Notes: a model not told the origin generated them from the sequence alone. A DNA stretch of 64,000 nt from Chloroflexota bacterium (GCA_016875735.1 VGOW01000011.1:9288-73287); one strand, 5' to 3'. Positions 44,079 to 55,701 are shown, numbered from the stretch's first letter. Numbers and translations: made by a program.

Positions 44079-45541
44079 CAATGCGGCCTCATCAAACCGC
44101 CCCGCGTGCAGTTCTGAATTTCCACTTCCGCGCGGTCGGCTCCGGCGGCGCTCTGCGCGAGGCGGCAGATCCGCAGAGCCATTGCGGCCAATGCCTCTTC
44201 CGATTGTTGGCCGTCGGATTCGAGCATGGCGCGGAACTTCGGTTCGGTGCCGGAGTAGCGCAAGTTGATGCGCGTGAGGCCGGGCGTGGAATCGAGCGCC
44301 TGCTTTTCCATGCCGTCGAGCGATGCGCGATCCAATCGCGGCCCGCGCCCCACATCCGCCGACGCGATCACTTGCGGCGTTTTGCCGATTCCGGCGGCGA
44401 ATTCGGACATCGATCCGGCGCGGCTTTCGACGAAGGCGCGAATGACGAACAGCGCGGTGCGCATTCCGTCGCCGGTCGAGTGTTCGCTGTCCAACAGCAC
44501 CACGTGCCCCGACTGTTCGCCGCCGAGTCCGATCATCGCCTTCGGCGTCACCGCCGTTTGTAGGCTCATCAATTTTTCCACAACGTATTTATCGCCCACC
44601 GGAGTCTCGTGAAATTTCAATCCCGCTTTTTCTACGAACGCTTTCAATCCGCTGTTGCGCATCGTCGTCGTCACCACCGCATGAGCCATGAGCATTCGCC
44701 GCCCTTCGAAGTAACGCGCCAGCATCCCCAGCATGTGATCGCCGTCCACCACCCCGCCCTGCTCGTCCAAAAAAATCACGCGGTCGGCGTCGCCGTCGAA
44801 AGCGATCCCGAACTTGGCTTCATAGCTTCGCACCAGCCCGCCAATCTTCTCCGGCCTCTGCCGCACGAATTCTGATCCGGCCTCCGCGTTGATATTGAGT
44901 CCGCTGGGCGAGGCATGCACGGCGGTGACTTGCGCGCCCAGCCGGGAAAACAGGTCGGGCGCGAAACGGGAGGCGGCCCCGTTGGCGCAATCCACCACCA
45001 GCGTAACGCCGTCGAGCCGCAGATCGGGATGCTCGGCCAAAAGCGACTCGATGTATCGCTCGTGCATCCCGCGCGAATCCATCACCCGCCCCAAACGCTT
45101 GGCCGCCGAAAACGTCGGCGGCGGATCGCCGGGCTGAGGGTCGGCCAACGTTTCGATCTCTTCCTCAACCGCCTCCGGCAATTTGATCCCCGATGCGCCG
45201 AAGAACTTGATTCCGTTTTGCTCCACCGGGTTGTGCGAGGCGGAGATGACCGCGCCGGCATCGGCGTTGAGGCGGCGCACCATCCACGACACGCCGGGCG
45301 TGGTGATCACGTCGGCGTCGAGCACATCGACTCCGGCAGACAACAAACCGGCCGTCAACGCGCTCTGCAGCATCGGCCCCGATTGGCGCGTGTCGCGGCC
45401 CACAATGACCGACGGGCGTTTGCTGGCGCGACTCGCCAGCACGGCTCCGGCAGCCTGCCCCAATCGCAGAGCAAACTCGGGCACGAGCGGCCACTCGCCC
45501 ACCGTTCCCCGAATTCCATCCGTGCCAAAAAGACGCGGCAT
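44078..45541 (-). CDS. glmM: phosphoglucosamine mutase
   Basis: Contains 'LFGTDGIRG', '[15 protein letters not shown]' and 'FDGDADR'. Confidence 0.9.
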   Translation of the reverse strand: MPRLFGTDGIRGTVGEWPLVPEFALRLGQAAGAVLASRASKRPSVIVGRDTRQSGPMLQSALTAGLLSAGVDVLDADVITTPGVSWMVRRLNADAGAVISASHNPVEQNGIKFFGASGIKLPEAVEEEIETLADPQPGDPPPTFSAAKRLGRVMDSRGMHERYIESLLAEHPDLRLDGVTLVVDCANGAASRFAPDLFSRLGAQVTAVHASPSGLNINAEAGSEFVRQRPEKIGGLVRSYEAKFGIAFDGDADRVIFLDEQGGVVDGDHMLGMLARYFEGRRMLMAHAVVTTTMRNSGLKAFVEKAGLKFHETPVGDKYVVEKLMSLQTAVTPKAMIGLGGEQSGHVVLLDSEHSTGDGMRTALFVIRAFVESRAGSMSEFAAGIGKTPQVIASADVGRGPRLDRASLDGMEKQALDSTPGLTRINLRYSGTEPKFRAMLESDGQQSEEALAAMALRICRLAQSAAGADRAEVEIQNCTRGGLMRPH

Positions 45542-45547
45542 AGCGAC

Positions 45548-47481
<1,934 letters not shown>

Positions 47482-47556
47482 TCTTCGATGAAATAGTCTG
47501 AATCCAAGATTAGCCCCGCAAGGAAAATGTCTGCGGCATTATACCGTGATAATTGT

Positions 47557-47586
47557 TTGACAGTTGATCGGGGTCACGGTTATAAT
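47557..47586 (+). promoter_or_regulatory. sigma70-like promoter of the S1-domain gene
   Basis: TTGACA (47557-47562), an 18-nt spacer, then TATAAT (47581-47586). Confidence 0.55.
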
Positions 47587-47610
47587 CGGCGGCGTTGTCG
47601 CTGAAAACTC

Positions 47611-47637
47611 AGCCGCCTCTTCGGGCGGCTTCATTTT
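47611..47637 (+). promoter_or_regulatory. leader hairpin (terminator-like) in the 5' UTR of the S1-domain gene
   Basis: AGCCGCC-TCTTCG-GGCGGCT followed by TCATTTT. It lies between the predicted -10 and the GTG start at 47673. Confidence 0.4.
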
Positions 47638-47672
47638 GCAGTCACCCCCTGAGAACTTGGAGGAAGAATAGT

Positions 47673-48389
47673 GTGACCACTCAAACTGCTGGCGAGGCCA
47701 CGCCACTCAAACTGACCGACTTGCGGCCCAAAATGCAGCTGCAAGGCAAGATCAAAAAAATCGAATTGTTCGGCGCGTTCGTGGATGTGGGCGCGGAGCG
47801 CGACGGCCTGTTGCACATCTCGCAGCTGCGCCGCGAGCGCACCAACCGCGTGGAAGACGTTGTAACACTCGGGCAAGAGGTGACCGTGTGGGTGCGCAAA
47901 GTGGATGTGGGCACGGGCCGCATCGACTTGACGATGGTCGAGCCGCTGAAACTGGATTGGGATGAGCTCAAGACCGGCATGGTGGTAAAAGGCAAAGTGA
48001 CCAAACTGGAGCGCTTCGGGGTGTCGGTGGACATCGGCGCGGAGCGGCCGGCCTTCATTCACGTGCGCGAGCTATCCACCGACCGCGTGTCCGAGCCGGG
48101 CGAAGTGGTGAAGCCCGCGCAGGAAGTGGAAGCCAAAGTGATCCTTGTGGATCGCAAGAAGCGCAAGATCGATCTAAGCCTGAAGGCGATGGAAGATTTT
48201 ACGCCGGAGGACGACGAGCCCGATGTGAAACCGATGAGCGCCATGGAAGCGGCTCTACGGAGCGCCATGTCCACGAGCCGGGATGCGGTCGGCGACCGGG
48301 AACGGTCGAAAAAGAGCAAAGCCGCCCGCTCCGAATTGGAAGACGCATTCGAGCGCACACGGCAGCAGCACATCGCCAAAAAGAATTGA
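47673..48389 (+). CDS. RNA-binding protein with two S1 domains
   Basis: Contains 'GKIKKIELFGAFVDVGAERDGLLHISQL' and 'GKVTKLERFGVSVDIGAERPAFIHVREL'. The GTG at 47673 lies 8 nt after GGAGGA. Confidence 0.8.
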   Translation: MTTQTAGEATPLKLTDLRPKMQLQGKIKKIELFGAFVDVGAERDGLLHISQLRRERTNRVEDVVTLGQEVTVWVRKVDVGTGRIDLTMVEPLKLDWDELKTGMVVKGKVTKLERFGVSVDIGAERPAFIHVRELSTDRVSEPGEVVKPAQEVEAKVILVDRKKRKIDLSLKAMEDFTPEDDEPDVKPMSAMEAALRSAMSTSRDAVGDRERSKKSKAARSELEDAFERTRQQHIAKKN

Positions 48390-48401
48390 GGCAGCCGACT
48401 C

Positions 48402-48438
48402 AAAAGGCCGACAGCATTTCGATGCTGTCGGCCTTTTT
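48402..48438. terminator. bidirectional rho-independent terminator between convergent genes
   Basis: AAAAGGCCGACAGCAT-TTCG-ATGCTGTCGGCCTTTT, a perfect 16-bp stem flanked by A and T tracts. Confidence 0.8.
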
Positions 48439-48474
48439 GTTTTGCGAAATCGCCGCCCAATTCAGCGCAAGCAA

Positions 48475-48723
48475 TCACTCATATTCGTCGTCGTCATCCT
48501 CGTCCCAATCTTCCTCTTCGTCTTCATCCTCGTAGAGATCATCTTCCTCCTCTTCGGCGTCCGCCAACTCCTCCTCCCACTCTTCGGCCTCCACCGCCTC
48601 GGCCTCATCCACTTGCGAATATGTCAGACATCCAGAGTCGGGGTCGATTTCGACTGCGGCGGCGCCACAATACTTCTCTTCTAAAAATACGCAATCTTCG
48701 TAATGGCATCGTATGCGAGGCAT
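48475..48723 (-). CDS. small DUF1540-like Cys-motif protein with an extremely acidic C-terminal tail
   Basis: 'IRCHYEDCVFLEEKYCGAAAVEI' fits the C..C......C.A..I pattern. The last ~45 residues are almost all Asp/Glu. Confidence 0.6.
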   Translation of the reverse strand: MPRIRCHYEDCVFLEEKYCGAAAVEIDPDSGCLTYSQVDEAEAVEAEEWEEELADAEEEEDDLYEDEDEEEDWDEDDDDEYE

Positions 48724-48747
48724 AGGCTCCCTCCAGTGTTATGAGTG

Positions 48748-49224
48748 TTATGAGTCTGTGTCGGGCCGCCACAAACGGACGACCGAGATCACAAGAATAA
48801 GCGTGATGGCGATGGCTGAGACAACGCAATACGGGCACACGGCGTGGAGCACGGCCAATTCGATGTAAGTGAGATAAGCCGAGTAGAGTGTTCCAAAGAG
48901 GGCCAGGCCGAACACACCCACCGGCGACCACTGCCGCCAAAATTGACCGCGCCCCTCCATGAAATGCAAAGCAAGCATGGCCGCATACGCGCCCGCGCCC
49001 AACAATGCAATGGGTATGCCGCCGATGACGGAAAAGCGGCTGGCGTTCACCGACTCGCAATCGCCGACGCCTCCGCAGAACGCAGAGGTGTTCGCAAGTT
49101 TGACCCATGTGAGATACAGCGAAACCAACAACCCCAACCCGGCCAGCGCCGCGCTCGCCCGGCGCAACCACACGGCGGGCGCAATCTGCCGTTTCTCTTT
49201 TTCTTCCATTGCTTTTACAGTCAT
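48748..49224 (-). CDS. vitamin K epoxide reductase (VKOR)-family membrane protein
   Basis: A 4-TM profile with loop cysteines 'FCGGVGDCESV' and the active-site 'CPYC'. The ATG at 49224 overlaps the moeA stop (ATGA). Confidence 0.85.
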   Translation of the reverse strand: MTVKAMEEKEKRQIAPAVWLRRASAALAGLGLLVSLYLTWVKLANTSAFCGGVGDCESVNASRFSVIGGIPIALLGAGAYAAMLALHFMEGRGQFWRQWSPVGVFGLALFGTLYSAYLTYIELAVLHAVCPYCVVSAIAITLILVISVVRLWRPDTDS

Positions 49225-50474
49225 TGCCAATCAACCTCTTCAGGTCCGTCCAGCATCCAAGCCTTCACCATGCTGCCCGACGGGATTTCGACGACTCCTT
49301 CGGGAATGATCACCAGCGCATTGGCGTTGACCAGCGCGGAGAGGATGTTCGATCCCTGCCCGCCCGCGCTGTGGGCCGCCAATTCATTTCCAACTTTCCG
49401 AACCACTGCCCGCAAATACGTTTCGCGCCCATCGGAGTGCAGTGGCTCGCTCACCTTCACATCAACGGCGGGCTTCTCCAAATTTCGCCGCCCACCCAGT
49501 TTGAGCAGCACGGGCCGCACGAAAATCTCGAAACTTACAATGGCCGACACGGGGTTGCCCGGCAACCCAAAAAACGGGATGCCGCGATACTGCCCAAAGG
49601 CCACCGGCTTGCCGGGTCGCATCCGCACTTTCCAAAAGTCCAACGCGCCATCGCGCTCCACTGCGGCCTTCACCACATCGTATGCGCCCACCGACACTCC
49701 GGCAGAGGAAACGATGAGGTCGGGGTGAAGATCGGCGGCGGCCTGCAATTTGGCGGTGACGGCCTCCACGCGGTCGCGGGCGACCCCCAGCATCAAAGGT
49801 TCACCGCCGTATTTGTGAGTGAGCGCGGCGAGGCTGTAACTGTTGGAGTCGCGGATCTGTCCGGGCCGCAAGGGCTGATCGATCTCCACCAACTCATCGC
49901 CGGTGGAAATGACGGCCACGCGGGGGCGCCGAATCACGTTGACGCGAGTGAGGCCGAAGGAGGCCAACAGGCCGATGTCGTACACTCGCAGTACCCGACC
50001 GGCCTCCATCACCGTGTCGCCGGAACGAACGTCTTCTCCCTTCGGGCGAATGTATGCGCCGGACTCAATGGGCTGATGCAGAGCGATGGCGGTGGGCGGG
50101 GGCGCATCGACGACCGAGCGATCTGCGCCGGTGGCTTCGATGGGCACGACGGAGTCTGCGCCGTCGGGAACGTGCGCGCCGGTCATAATGCGGGCGGCGG
50201 TTCCGCGCTCGAGGGAAACGGCGGGCGCGGCGCCTGCCGGAATATCGCCAATGACTGTGAGGGTGGTGGGTCTGTGGGCCGAGGCAGTGCGCAAATCTTC
50301 GGCGCGCACCGCGTAACCGTCCATGCTTGAGTTGGGAAAGGGCGGAAGGTCGAGAGTGGCTCGAATGGGCTCGGCTAGCACCCGCCCCACAGCGCTTTCA
50401 GAACGGATCGACTCTGCTTCGAGTGTGCGGAAACTGCTGAGGACTTTCGCCAGCGCTTCAGAGACGGTGAGCAT
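49221..50474 (-). CDS. moeA: molybdopterin molybdenumtransferase MoeA
   Basis: Contains 'PPFPNSSMDGYAV', 'ISTGDEL', 'DSNSYSL', 'SAGVSVGAYD' and 'GLPGNPVSA'. Confidence 0.9.
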   Translation of the reverse strand: MLTVSEALAKVLSSFRTLEAESIRSESAVGRVLAEPIRATLDLPPFPNSSMDGYAVRAEDLRTASAHRPTTLTVIGDIPAGAAPAVSLERGTAARIMTGAHVPDGADSVVPIEATGADRSVVDAPPPTAIALHQPIESGAYIRPKGEDVRSGDTVMEAGRVLRVYDIGLLASFGLTRVNVIRRPRVAVISTGDELVEIDQPLRPGQIRDSNSYSLAALTHKYGGEPLMLGVARDRVEAVTAKLQAAADLHPDLIVSSAGVSVGAYDVVKAAVERDGALDFWKVRMRPGKPVAFGQYRGIPFFGLPGNPVSAIVSFEIFVRPVLLKLGGRRNLEKPAVDVKVSEPLHSDGRETYLRAVVRKVGNELAAHSAGGQGSNILSALVNANALVIIPEGVVEIPSGSMVKAWMLDGPEEVDWQ

Positions 50475-50559
50475 TGGCTGCAGTAATCATTCGAGGCGTT
50501 TTGTGTATCTCAACCCTTGTTCGCTGGCATTATACCATGCGTGTCAACCGCCTTTTCGC

Positions 50560-50769
50560 ATGCGCGAGGACGACGAACACAAAAGCATCCCGGTGATCAT
50601 CGTTTCGATCCGCGCCGATCCGGCATTCCGCCTCCGCGCCCAAGAATTGGGCGTGTTCCGGTATTTGCTCAAGCCCTTCTCGCCCACCGTCCTCCGGCAG
50701 GAGATCGAACTTGCGCTCGGAGTCAACTGGGAGAAATACTGGTCGGGCACATTGGCGCGGAAATCGTAG
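50560..50769 (+). pseudogene. C-terminal fragment of a response-regulator receiver (REC) domain
   Basis: 'SIPVIIVSIRADPAFRLRAQELGVFRYLLKPFSPTVLRQEIELAL' corresponds to REC beta4-alpha5. The phospho-acceptor Asp half is absent, because the upstream sequence is the moeA 5' end on the other strand. Confidence 0.6.
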
Positions 50770-50778
50770 CCGCCGCCC

Positions 50779-53004
50779 TTACCCCGGCTTCCACCGCCTC
50801 ACGTCCAACACATTCGGCAGCTGCTCGATGCGATTCAGAATCCGCCCCAACTGAGTCAGGTCGGACACTTGCAGGGTGAGCAGAATGTTGGCCATGTTCT
50901 TCTTCACATCCGGCACATTCACCCGGCTCATGCTCACCTTTTCGTCGGCCACAATCGTCGAAACGTCGCGCAACAGCCCTTCGCGGTCGAGCGCCTGAAT
51001 TCGGATGGGCACAGCGTAGGTTTGCTCCACCGCCCCGCCCCAGTTCACTTGAATGAGTCGCTCTGTCTCGAGGATGCGGACGGCGTTGGGACAATCTTGC
51101 CGATGAATGGTGATGCCGCGCCCGCGGGTGGTGAAGCCGATGATCGGATCGCCCTTCACCGGGTTACAGCATTTTGCCAAATGAGTGAGCAACCCTGCCG
51201 TGCCCTGAATAGTGACATCTTCCGGCCCGGTTTTGGGCGGCCGGCGTTCGGGAACAGGAGGCGGCAACGTTTCGTGCTCGGCTTCGCTCTGCTCGCGCAC
51301 GAAGGCGACGATGCGGTTGACCACCGTTTGGGTATGGATGTCGCCGCACCCCAGCGCGGCCATGAAATCGTTGACTTTCTCGAATGAAAAGAATTCGGCG
51401 ATCTTTTCGTAAGTGAGCTTGTCGATCCCCAACCGATTCAGTTCGCGCTCCAACAGCGCGCGACCGGTGGACACATTCTGTTCGTAATCCTGCTTCTTGA
51501 ACCAATTGCGAATCTTCTCGCGCGCCCGCGCCGATTTGACGAAGCCGAGATCGGGGTTAAGCCAGTCGCGGCTGGGGCCGCCGCGTTTGGCGGTGATGAT
51601 CTCCACTTGATCGCCGGTGCGGAGGGCCGTGTTGAGCGACACGAGTTTGCCGTTCACTTTTGCGCCCCGGCAGCGCTCGCCTACCGCCGTATGCACGTGA
51701 TAGGCAAAGTCGATCGGCGTCGCGCCCATCGGCAAATCCACAATGTCGCCGCGCGGGGTGAAGGCATACACGCGATCCTGAAAGACATCCGTCTTCAGCG
51801 CCTCGACAAAATCGCGGCCTTCGGTGAGATCGCTTTGCCATTCCATCAACTGCCGCAGATAAGCCACGCGGCGCTCGAACGCCTCATCACGCTTCTTCGT
51901 TCCCTCTTTGTATCGCCAGTGCGCGGCAATGCCGAACTCGGCGTTCTCGTGCATCTCCGGCGTGCGTATCTGCACTTCGAGCGGTTTGCCGTCGTCGTAC
52001 ACCACTGCCGTGTGCAATGATTGATAGAAGTTTTCCTTCGGCGTGGCAATGTAATCGTCGAACTCGCCCGGCTGGGGCCGCCACAGGCTGTGGATCACAC
52101 CCAACACCACGTAGCAGGCCGGAATATCTTTGACGATGACTCGCACGGCGCGCACATCGTAGATCCGATCAAAGTCCGTCTGCTTGCGATTCATCTTCTT
52201 CCAGATCGAATAGATGTGCTTGGGCCGGCCGCTGATCTCGATCGGCTCGAGGTGGTGCTCGGCCAGCGTCGTCCGGATTTTCTGAATGATGGCCGCCATC
52301 GTGCGCTCGCGGTCGCCGCGCCGCTCGTCGAGCATTCCGGCAATCTTCTTGTATTGATCGGGGTCGACGTACCGAAAGCCGAGGTCTTCTAATTCCCATT
52401 TCATGCGCCAAATGCCGAGCCGGTTGGCCAGCGGCGCGAATATCTCCAGCGTCTCTCGGGCAATGCGCCGCTGTTTGTCGGGCTTGAGGTGTTTGAGCGT
52501 GCGCATGTTGTGCAGTCGGTCGGCCAGTTTGATCAGCACCACGCGCACATCCTCGCCCATCGCCAAAAACGTCTTGCGAATGGTTTCGGCTTCGCGGTCG
52601 TGTGTGCGCTGATCGGCGCGCTCTTCGGGCACGTGCTCCGCCGGAGCCACTCCGCCGGTCAGAGGCCGATCCAATCGCGACACGCGCGGCAGGTTGGTGA
52701 GTTTGGTCACCCCGTCCACCAGCTGCGTCACTTCGTCGCCGAAATCGCGGCGCACGTCATCAAGCGTCACCGGCGTGTCTTCGACAATGTCGTGCAGCAG
52801 CCCGGCGGCAATGACCGGGCCCGGCAAATTCATCTCGTTGAGGATTTTGGCGACGGCCACGCAGTGCGTCACATACGGATCGCCTGAGGCGCGGGTTTGC
52901 CCGGCGTGATACTTCACGGCCACTTCATAGGCGCGTTTGATGTCGTCGCGATCTTGGGGGGAGAGGTTCGGCGAGAGTTCGCCGAGAAAATCATCGAACT
53001 TCAT
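50779..53004 (-). CDS. bifunctional (p)ppGpp synthetase/hydrolase (RelA/SpoT homolog)
   Basis: HD domain 'LLHDIVEDT', synthetase motifs 'RPKHIYSIWKKM' and 'YQSLHT', plus TGS and ACT regions. Confidence 0.95.
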   Translation of the reverse strand: MKFDDFLGELSPNLSPQDRDDIKRAYEVAVKYHAGQTRASGDPYVTHCVAVAKILNEMNLPGPVIAAGLLHDIVEDTPVTLDDVRRDFGDEVTQLVDGVTKLTNLPRVSRLDRPLTGGVAPAEHVPEERADQRTHDREAETIRKTFLAMGEDVRVVLIKLADRLHNMRTLKHLKPDKQRRIARETLEIFAPLANRLGIWRMKWELEDLGFRYVDPDQYKKIAGMLDERRGDRERTMAAIIQKIRTTLAEHHLEPIEISGRPKHIYSIWKKMNRKQTDFDRIYDVRAVRVIVKDIPACYVVLGVIHSLWRPQPGEFDDYIATPKENFYQSLHTAVVYDDGKPLEVQIRTPEMHENAEFGIAAHWRYKEGTKKRDEAFERRVAYLRQLMEWQSDLTEGRDFVEALKTDVFQDRVYAFTPRGDIVDLPMGATPIDFAYHVHTAVGERCRGAKVNGKLVSLNTALRTGDQVEIITAKRGGPSRDWLNPDLGFVKSARAREKIRNWFKKQDYEQNVSTGRALLERELNRLGIDKLTYEKIAEFFSFEKVNDFMAALGCGDIHTQTVVNRIVAFVREQSEAEHETLPPPVPERRPPKTGPEDVTIQGTAGLLTHLAKCCNPVKGDPIIGFTTRGRGITIHRQDCPNAVRILETERLIQVNWGGAVEQTYAVPIRIQALDREGLLRDVSTIVADEKVSMSRVNVPDVKKNMANILLTLQVSDLTQLGRILNRIEQLPNVLDVRRWKPG

Positions 53005-53072
53005 AAGGCAAAAGTATAACCGCGCGAGCGCGTGTTGTCTATCTTAATGACGTGTGCTATAAACCGAGTAAT

Positions 53073-53190
53073 AGTCGAGTAGTCGAGTGGTCTGCGGGTC
53101 TCTTAGTCGGCGGCACGACCCACAGACCACCCGGCTACTCGACTACAAGACCACCCGACCATAAGACCACCCGACCATAAGACCACGAGG
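53073..53190. repeat. octamer-register inverted arrays plus a 16-nt tandem repeat, intergenic
   Basis: GTCGAGTAGTCGAGTGGTCTGCGGGTC ... GACCCACAGACCACCCGGCTACTCGAC, followed by (GACCACCCGACCATAA)x2. Confidence 0.7.
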
Positions 53191-53195
53191 CGTCC

Positions 53196-54314
53196 ATGTC
53201 CCTTCAAGGCAAAGGTTTCTATATTTGGCAGATCAAAAACTGTGAGGGCGGCAACCCGGAGTCCATTGCCGCCAAAGCGCAGGCGGCCGGCCTCACACAC
53301 GTCCTGCTCAAAATCGCCGACACTACTTTCGCCTTCGGCTTCGACCGCAACAACAACGACATCACCGCGCCGGTCGCCAACGCGCTCCGCAATCGGGGCA
53401 TCCAAGTGTGGGGGTGGCATTACGTGAAAGGCAACGACCCGGCAGGGGAGGCGCGCATCGCCGCGCAGCGCACGCGCCAACTGCGGCTCGACGGTTACGT
53501 GATCGACGCCGAGATCGAATACAAAGCGGCAGGCAAGGCCGCCGCCGCGCGCGCTTTCATGAACGAGTTGCGCGCCGGCCTGCCCAATCTTCCGATCGCT
53601 CTCAGTTCATTCCGCTACCCCTCGTATCACAAAGAATTACCGTGGCGCGAATTCCTCGAACAATGCGATCTCAACATGCCGCAAGTGTATTGGGAGCAAG
53701 CGCACAACGCCGACGTTCAACTGGCGCGCAGTGTGACCGAGTTCGGCAACAGCGCATTGGTTGGCTTCGTGCGCCCGGTCGTCCCCACTGGCGCGGCCTA
53801 CGGCGCCAGCGGCTGGCGAGCCACGCCCGATGACTTGCGAGCGTTCTTCTCGAAAGCGCAGGAGTTGGGATTGGAAGCGGCCAACGCCTATTCGTGGGAT
53901 TGGGCCACCTCGCCCGGCAACACCGATCTGTGGGATGCAGTGGCTCAAGTGAACTGGGCGACCGAGACCCCGCCCCTTCCCTCGCGTGACATCGCCACCG
54001 ATTACTTCACCGCGCTCAATCAGCGCGATCTCGATTCCCTCCTCGCCCTCTATCAGCCCAACGCCGCGCACGTCACCGCCAAACGCACCATCGTCGGGGC
54101 CGAAGCCATCCGCGACTATTACACCGATCTCCTCTTCAACATTCTCCCCGATGCGGCCTTCACCCTGCTCGACTCAACCGGGCAGGACCCATCGCGCCTG
54201 TTCACTTGGTCGGCGACGAGCGCACGCGGAAATGTGATTGACGGCAACGATACGCTGGGCTTGCGTGACGGGCTGATCCAGTATCACTACACGCGCTTCA
54301 GCCTCAGCGGATAG
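53196..54314 (+). CDS. hypothetical fusion protein: GH-like TIM-barrel N-domain plus SnoaL/NTF2-like C-domain
   Basis: N-terminal 'GFYIWQIKNCEGG...THVLLKIADTT...WGWHYV'. C-terminal 'YFTALNQRDLDSLLALYQPNAAH...' is typical of the SnoaL-like fold. Confidence 0.6.
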   Translation: MSLQGKGFYIWQIKNCEGGNPESIAAKAQAAGLTHVLLKIADTTFAFGFDRNNNDITAPVANALRNRGIQVWGWHYVKGNDPAGEARIAAQRTRQLRLDGYVIDAEIEYKAAGKAAAARAFMNELRAGLPNLPIALSSFRYPSYHKELPWREFLEQCDLNMPQVYWEQAHNADVQLARSVTEFGNSALVGFVRPVVPTGAAYGASGWRATPDDLRAFFSKAQELGLEAANAYSWDWATSPGNTDLWDAVAQVNWATETPPLPSRDIATDYFTALNQRDLDSLLALYQPNAAHVTAKRTIVGAEAIRDYYTDLLFNILPDAAFTLLDSTGQDPSRLFTWSATSARGNVIDGNDTLGLRDGLIQYHYTRFSLSG

Positions 54315-54353
54315 CAAATAGCGGATGGCGAATCGCTAACCGCTGATCGCTAT
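54308..54353. repeat. heptamer words (GCGGATA/GCTGATC), intergenic
   Basis: GCGGATAGCAAATAGCGGATGGCGAATCGCTAACCGCTGATCGCTATC. Confidence 0.55.
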
Positions 54354-54952
54354 CACCCTCTCTGCCTCAACAGCGCCACCACTCCGGCGAACACGCCGAC
54401 GACGAACAAGCCAATGATGATCAACGCCGGAGGGAATCCGCCGCCGCCCAAATCCGGCGACTCGAACGTGGGCTGAACAATGGGCGGCCCGGCAGTGAAC
54501 GTGGGCAAGCGAGTCGGAACGGGGGTGCCGGCCTCGAACGTTCCGGGCAGCAGAGTCGGCGTGGGCGGCAGAGTCGCCGTGGGCGGCGCATCCACCACCG
54601 GCAGAACGTCAATCGTTCCGGCGCGCAATGCAACGAGCAACGCATACACCCACGCCTTGCCGCCCGGCGCACCCGGATACTCGATCTGAATCCACTCCGA
54701 CGCTACCGACCGGCCAATGGCCGGAGCCGTTTGCCCGGCAATGAGCACGCCGACCTGATCGTAATTCGTGCCCGGCCCGGAGCGCGCGTTCACTTGCTCC
54801 GCCGCAAACACCGTCGGCCCGCCGAACGTCGCCGTGGGTTGAAGCGTTTCGGTGGGCAGCTGCGCCGCGCGCAACATGCCAGCGTTCAGCGCCGTCATCG
54901 CCAGCGCGGCCATCACAATCACGCAAACAGAAAGCAACTTGAATTGACGCAT
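54353..54952 (-). CDS. secreted SH3b-domain protein with a C-terminal membrane anchor
   Basis: Has a signal peptide, 'VNARSGPGTNYDQVGVLIAGQTAPAIGRS....WIQIEY' (bacterial SH3), a Pro/Thr linker and a terminal TM segment. The ATG is at 54952. Confidence 0.7.
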   Translation of the reverse strand: MRQFKLLSVCVIVMAALAMTALNAGMLRAAQLPTETLQPTATFGGPTVFAAEQVNARSGPGTNYDQVGVLIAGQTAPAIGRSVASEWIQIEYPGAPGGKAWVYALLVALRAGTIDVLPVVDAPPTATLPPTPTLLPGTFEAGTPVPTRLPTFTAGPPIVQPTFESPDLGGGGFPPALIIIGLFVVGVFAGVVALLRQRG

Positions 54953-54960
54953 GGCCGCGA

Positions 54961-55701
54961 TTATACCAACTTGGTCAGCCTCACTTTGCGCAGCAACTGC
55001 GCCTGTATTCCTTGCCGGATGAACGGCGCCGCCCCGCGCCCCGCGCGCGACAGCGCCTCCACCAATCGCAGTGACGTTTCCTCGCCGACGCTCCGATGCT
55101 CCCACTCCTCGCTGACACACTCGATCAGATCATCCGCGTCGTCGAACACATCCACCCATTCGAACCGGCGGGGCGCCGGGGCCGCGAACCAACCCTCATT
55201 CAGAATTTGATCCACCGCTGCGCTGGCCTGCGCGTGACCCACCGGGCCGTCGCCAACCCAGGTGAGGCCGCCGCACCGAGTCTCGCCTCCACTGCGATCT
55301 CGCACCCACACTTCCGGCTCATCCGCCACCGGGCGAATGTCGAGCACAAACCAGCGCGCCACTCGCCATGCTTCTCGGAGGGCATGAACCATGCCCGACG
55401 GCTGCACTCATCAAAGCGACCAGCCGAACACCGCCAGATCGAAACTCGACTCGGAGAAAGGCAATCGCTCGGCCTGCCCGTGCGCGAGGCGCGCGTTCGT
55501 GTCTTTGAGCGACTCGGCGCGCGCGGCGATCAACTCATCCCAATCCGAGTCGAGCGCAACCGTCAACGCCGTCTCCCGTAGATAATGGCGAATCATGCGC
55601 CCATCGCCCGCGCCGATCTCCAACACCCGCGCGCCGCGAAAGTCGGCCAGCGCGTGAAGGACATCATGCTCAAGTTGTTCGGGATTCGGGAAGTCTGTCA
55701 T
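54961..55701 (-). CDS. class I SAM-dependent methyltransferase interrupted by two consecutive in-frame UGA codons (recoded gene or pseudogene)
   Basis: Track ORFs 55411..55701 and 54961..55407 are in the same frame, separated only by TGATGA (55413-55408). Motif I is 'VLEIGAGDG'. '...FDLAVFGWSL-**-VQPSGMVHALREAWRV' is colinear with the usual MTase core, with no gap. A hairpin lies at 55380-55396. Confidence 0.55.
55380..55396 (-). promoter_or_regulatory. SECIS-like hairpin downstream of the UGA-UGA doublet
   Basis: On the coding strand this reads GGGCATG-GTT-CATGCCC, a perfect 7-bp stem. It starts 11 nt after the second UGA and 14 nt after the first. Confidence 0.45.
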
